The notes under the pieces are model-generated. The model ran no database searches, was not told the DNA's origin, and saw only the letters and a program-made list of their open reading frames with translations. Of a stretch of DNA of 64,000 nt, positions 62,116 through 64,000 are shown in pieces. Source of the DNA: Azolla caroliniana (Eukaryota > Plantae > Polypodiophyta); NCBI GenBank assembly GCA_043228905.1, contig JBHGNT010000016.1:15190001-15254000 (forward strand), in the 5' to 3' direction. The position numbers and the translations under genes were made by a program. Each line of letters opens with the position of its first letter. Position 1 is the first letter of the stretch.

Positions 62116-63136
62116 TGTTTTTTATTTTTTTATGGAAAAAATTTAAAAAGCTACAGAACTAAAAAAAATCCAAGATTTTTTATTTTTTCAAATTTTCAAT
62201 GGGTTTTAGATTTGTTTTCTAACACAGATATATAAAACTTGTCAAATCAATTTAGTGTAACGTTATAGTCTATTCTTCAATTTGATGTTACATGTGCAAT
62301 TTCATTCTACTGTCATGTACTACTACAACATGTGCCTTAATGATGTCCAAGAACTCTGTTGCATTAGAGAAGAACCCTGAGTAGGTTATTTTCATCAAAA
62401 TGAGGATCCAAGGTATCTGGGATTGTCTTGATCAAGACCAAGATGTTGGGGCAAAGCATATGAATGAAACTGAGATGTTCCAGATGACTTCTAGAGAACC
62501 TATGGAACCTATAGATGAAGAAGTAAGGGACCTTGTTGAATTAGAAGAAGTGTCAGAGTCCAAACATACTAACAATTCAACTTAGCGTACTGACGAAGCC
62601 AATGAGGACAATCTTGATGAAAGAGCTAATCTTGAAGAGACGTCTTTACTAGACTTATTATGCGATTGAATGGATATGGCTTATTTTAAATTTTGAACAA
62701 TCTGAAGTGTTAAATTTTGACATAATATATAAGTTGAGCTTATTCATAATTTCCGTGTAACACTCATTGAAATTAGAGATTAAGTATAATTTGTATGTGT
62801 ACATGTTGTCTAATGTCTCCTTTATCGTTTGGGGTATATGGGACATAAAATTATACTCTATCATTTACTCATATGATTGGAATGTTATTATAGACTAGTT
62901 TATTTATACATTGACGGTGCCATGTATCACGTGTCAATGGAGATTTTCTCTTGACATAGTAGTATCTCTTAATTGCAAGGTTCACAATTTTCTTTAAGAT
63001 ATAGTATATATAAATCTACACACAAAATTAGAAGAAGTCACTTATTCAGTGGGGTATGTGTTTTAGAATATGTACAAGGACTCGTGTTACTATTATACTT
63101 GCATTGATGAATATACCCCTATCTAAGATTTGGACA

Positions 63137-64000
63137 TGTCAAGACAAAGAGAAAGAGAGAGAAAGAGAGGAAAAGAGATACAGTGTTAAGATAGAAAGAG
63201 AGAATTGAAAACAAAGTATTGTATTGCAATATAAGATGGAGTACAAAGAGTAGACAATAGGGAGCTATAGGATGGCGTTGAATCAATTTGGTTTTTGGAG
63301 GATTGATAGATTCCTATTTAAAGTCCCTATAGAATAATATTGATTACTCTAGAATATCCTAGGACATTCTAGAATATAGAGTAATCTAGTAGTCTAGAAG
63401 GTTCTAGCATACAGAACACTCTAGGACATTCTAGAATAAAAGTAATATAGAATATTCTTATGATATTAGATTATATATTTTAAAAACCATACACATAAAC
63501 ATGTTATTACAATGGTTGAGGATTTGACATGTCTATAACAAGGTTGTTGGTTCAGATCCTTTCGAGGCATGATGTGAGTGTCATCATGACACTACCCCCT
63601 TTCTTTGAGGCATGATGTGAGTGTAATCATGACACTATCGCCCTTCTTCAACGACATGTCTCACGGGTCGTAGGGCTTGTAGTAGGACCTGGTTTATGAG
63701 GATAGTTGCGATGAAATGTGGTGACCATGTCCGTGGCATTGGAAATATTTTGTTGCAGGTTCCCAAGTTCGATCATTGGGGGTATAGCCTACCCAATCAA
63801 CCATGTAATACAACTTGTTGCGCACGATTTTAGAATCAAGAATGGAAACAACCTCGAATTCAGGTCCTTCCAAGAACTCAACAGATGGGGGGTGAGTTAT
63901 AAGACGACCCGGAATTGAACTTGTGGCGTAAGGTTCCAAAAGGGATACATGAAACACTGGATGAAGACGCAAGTGCGGAGGGAGGCCAAGTCGAAATGCA
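63137..64000 (-). mobile_element. Tcn1-like chromovirus 3' end; 3' LTR at about 63137-63591
   Basis: TGTCA...TGACA termini, PPT AAAGAAAAGGGGGTAG and an adjacent chromodomain ORF. Confidence 0.75.
63694..64000 (-). pseudogene. pol: Integrase C-terminus with chromodomain
   Basis: HPVFHVSLLEP...FEVVSILDSK...YMVDWVGYTPNDRTWEP. Confidence 0.9.

Noticed and set aside
62280-62660. hAT transposase C-terminal remnant
   Set aside because: Only a weak YYNM-like motif and an acidic tail; too degenerate to call.

Overview
Eukaryotic, transposon-saturated DNA with spliceosomal introns, plant tRNA-type primer binding sites and a Tcn1-like chromovirus, so most likely a non-seed land plant (moss, lycophyte or fern; inference). 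No clear host gene is present. (1) 1-12690 is the right part of a large Sola2-like DNA transposon. It carries an intact DDD transposase exon (+) and a convergent multi-exon accessory gene (-) with a RING-H2 finger and a possibly linked FCP1/NIF-like domain. Its longest introns are filled with a TAGCTAATTAGCTA palindromic satellite, and a young gag-only LTR element sits in that satellite. (2) 12691-27694 holds nested non-chromovirus Ty3/Gypsy elements with a long 3' extra ORF, a 1947-bp tandem duplication, and a chimeric tRNA-Trp-primed element with non-matching LTRs that both carry tRNA-like boxes. (3) About 27695-49290 is a decayed Sola1-like transposon whose hairpin array was hit by two Gypsy elements. 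(4) 49290-55065 is a rearranged Copia 3' half with a MITE. (5) 57432-60741 is a second gag-only element, followed by a third palindrome array and the 3' end of a Tcn1-like chromovirus. Family names come from motif recognition only; no database search was run.
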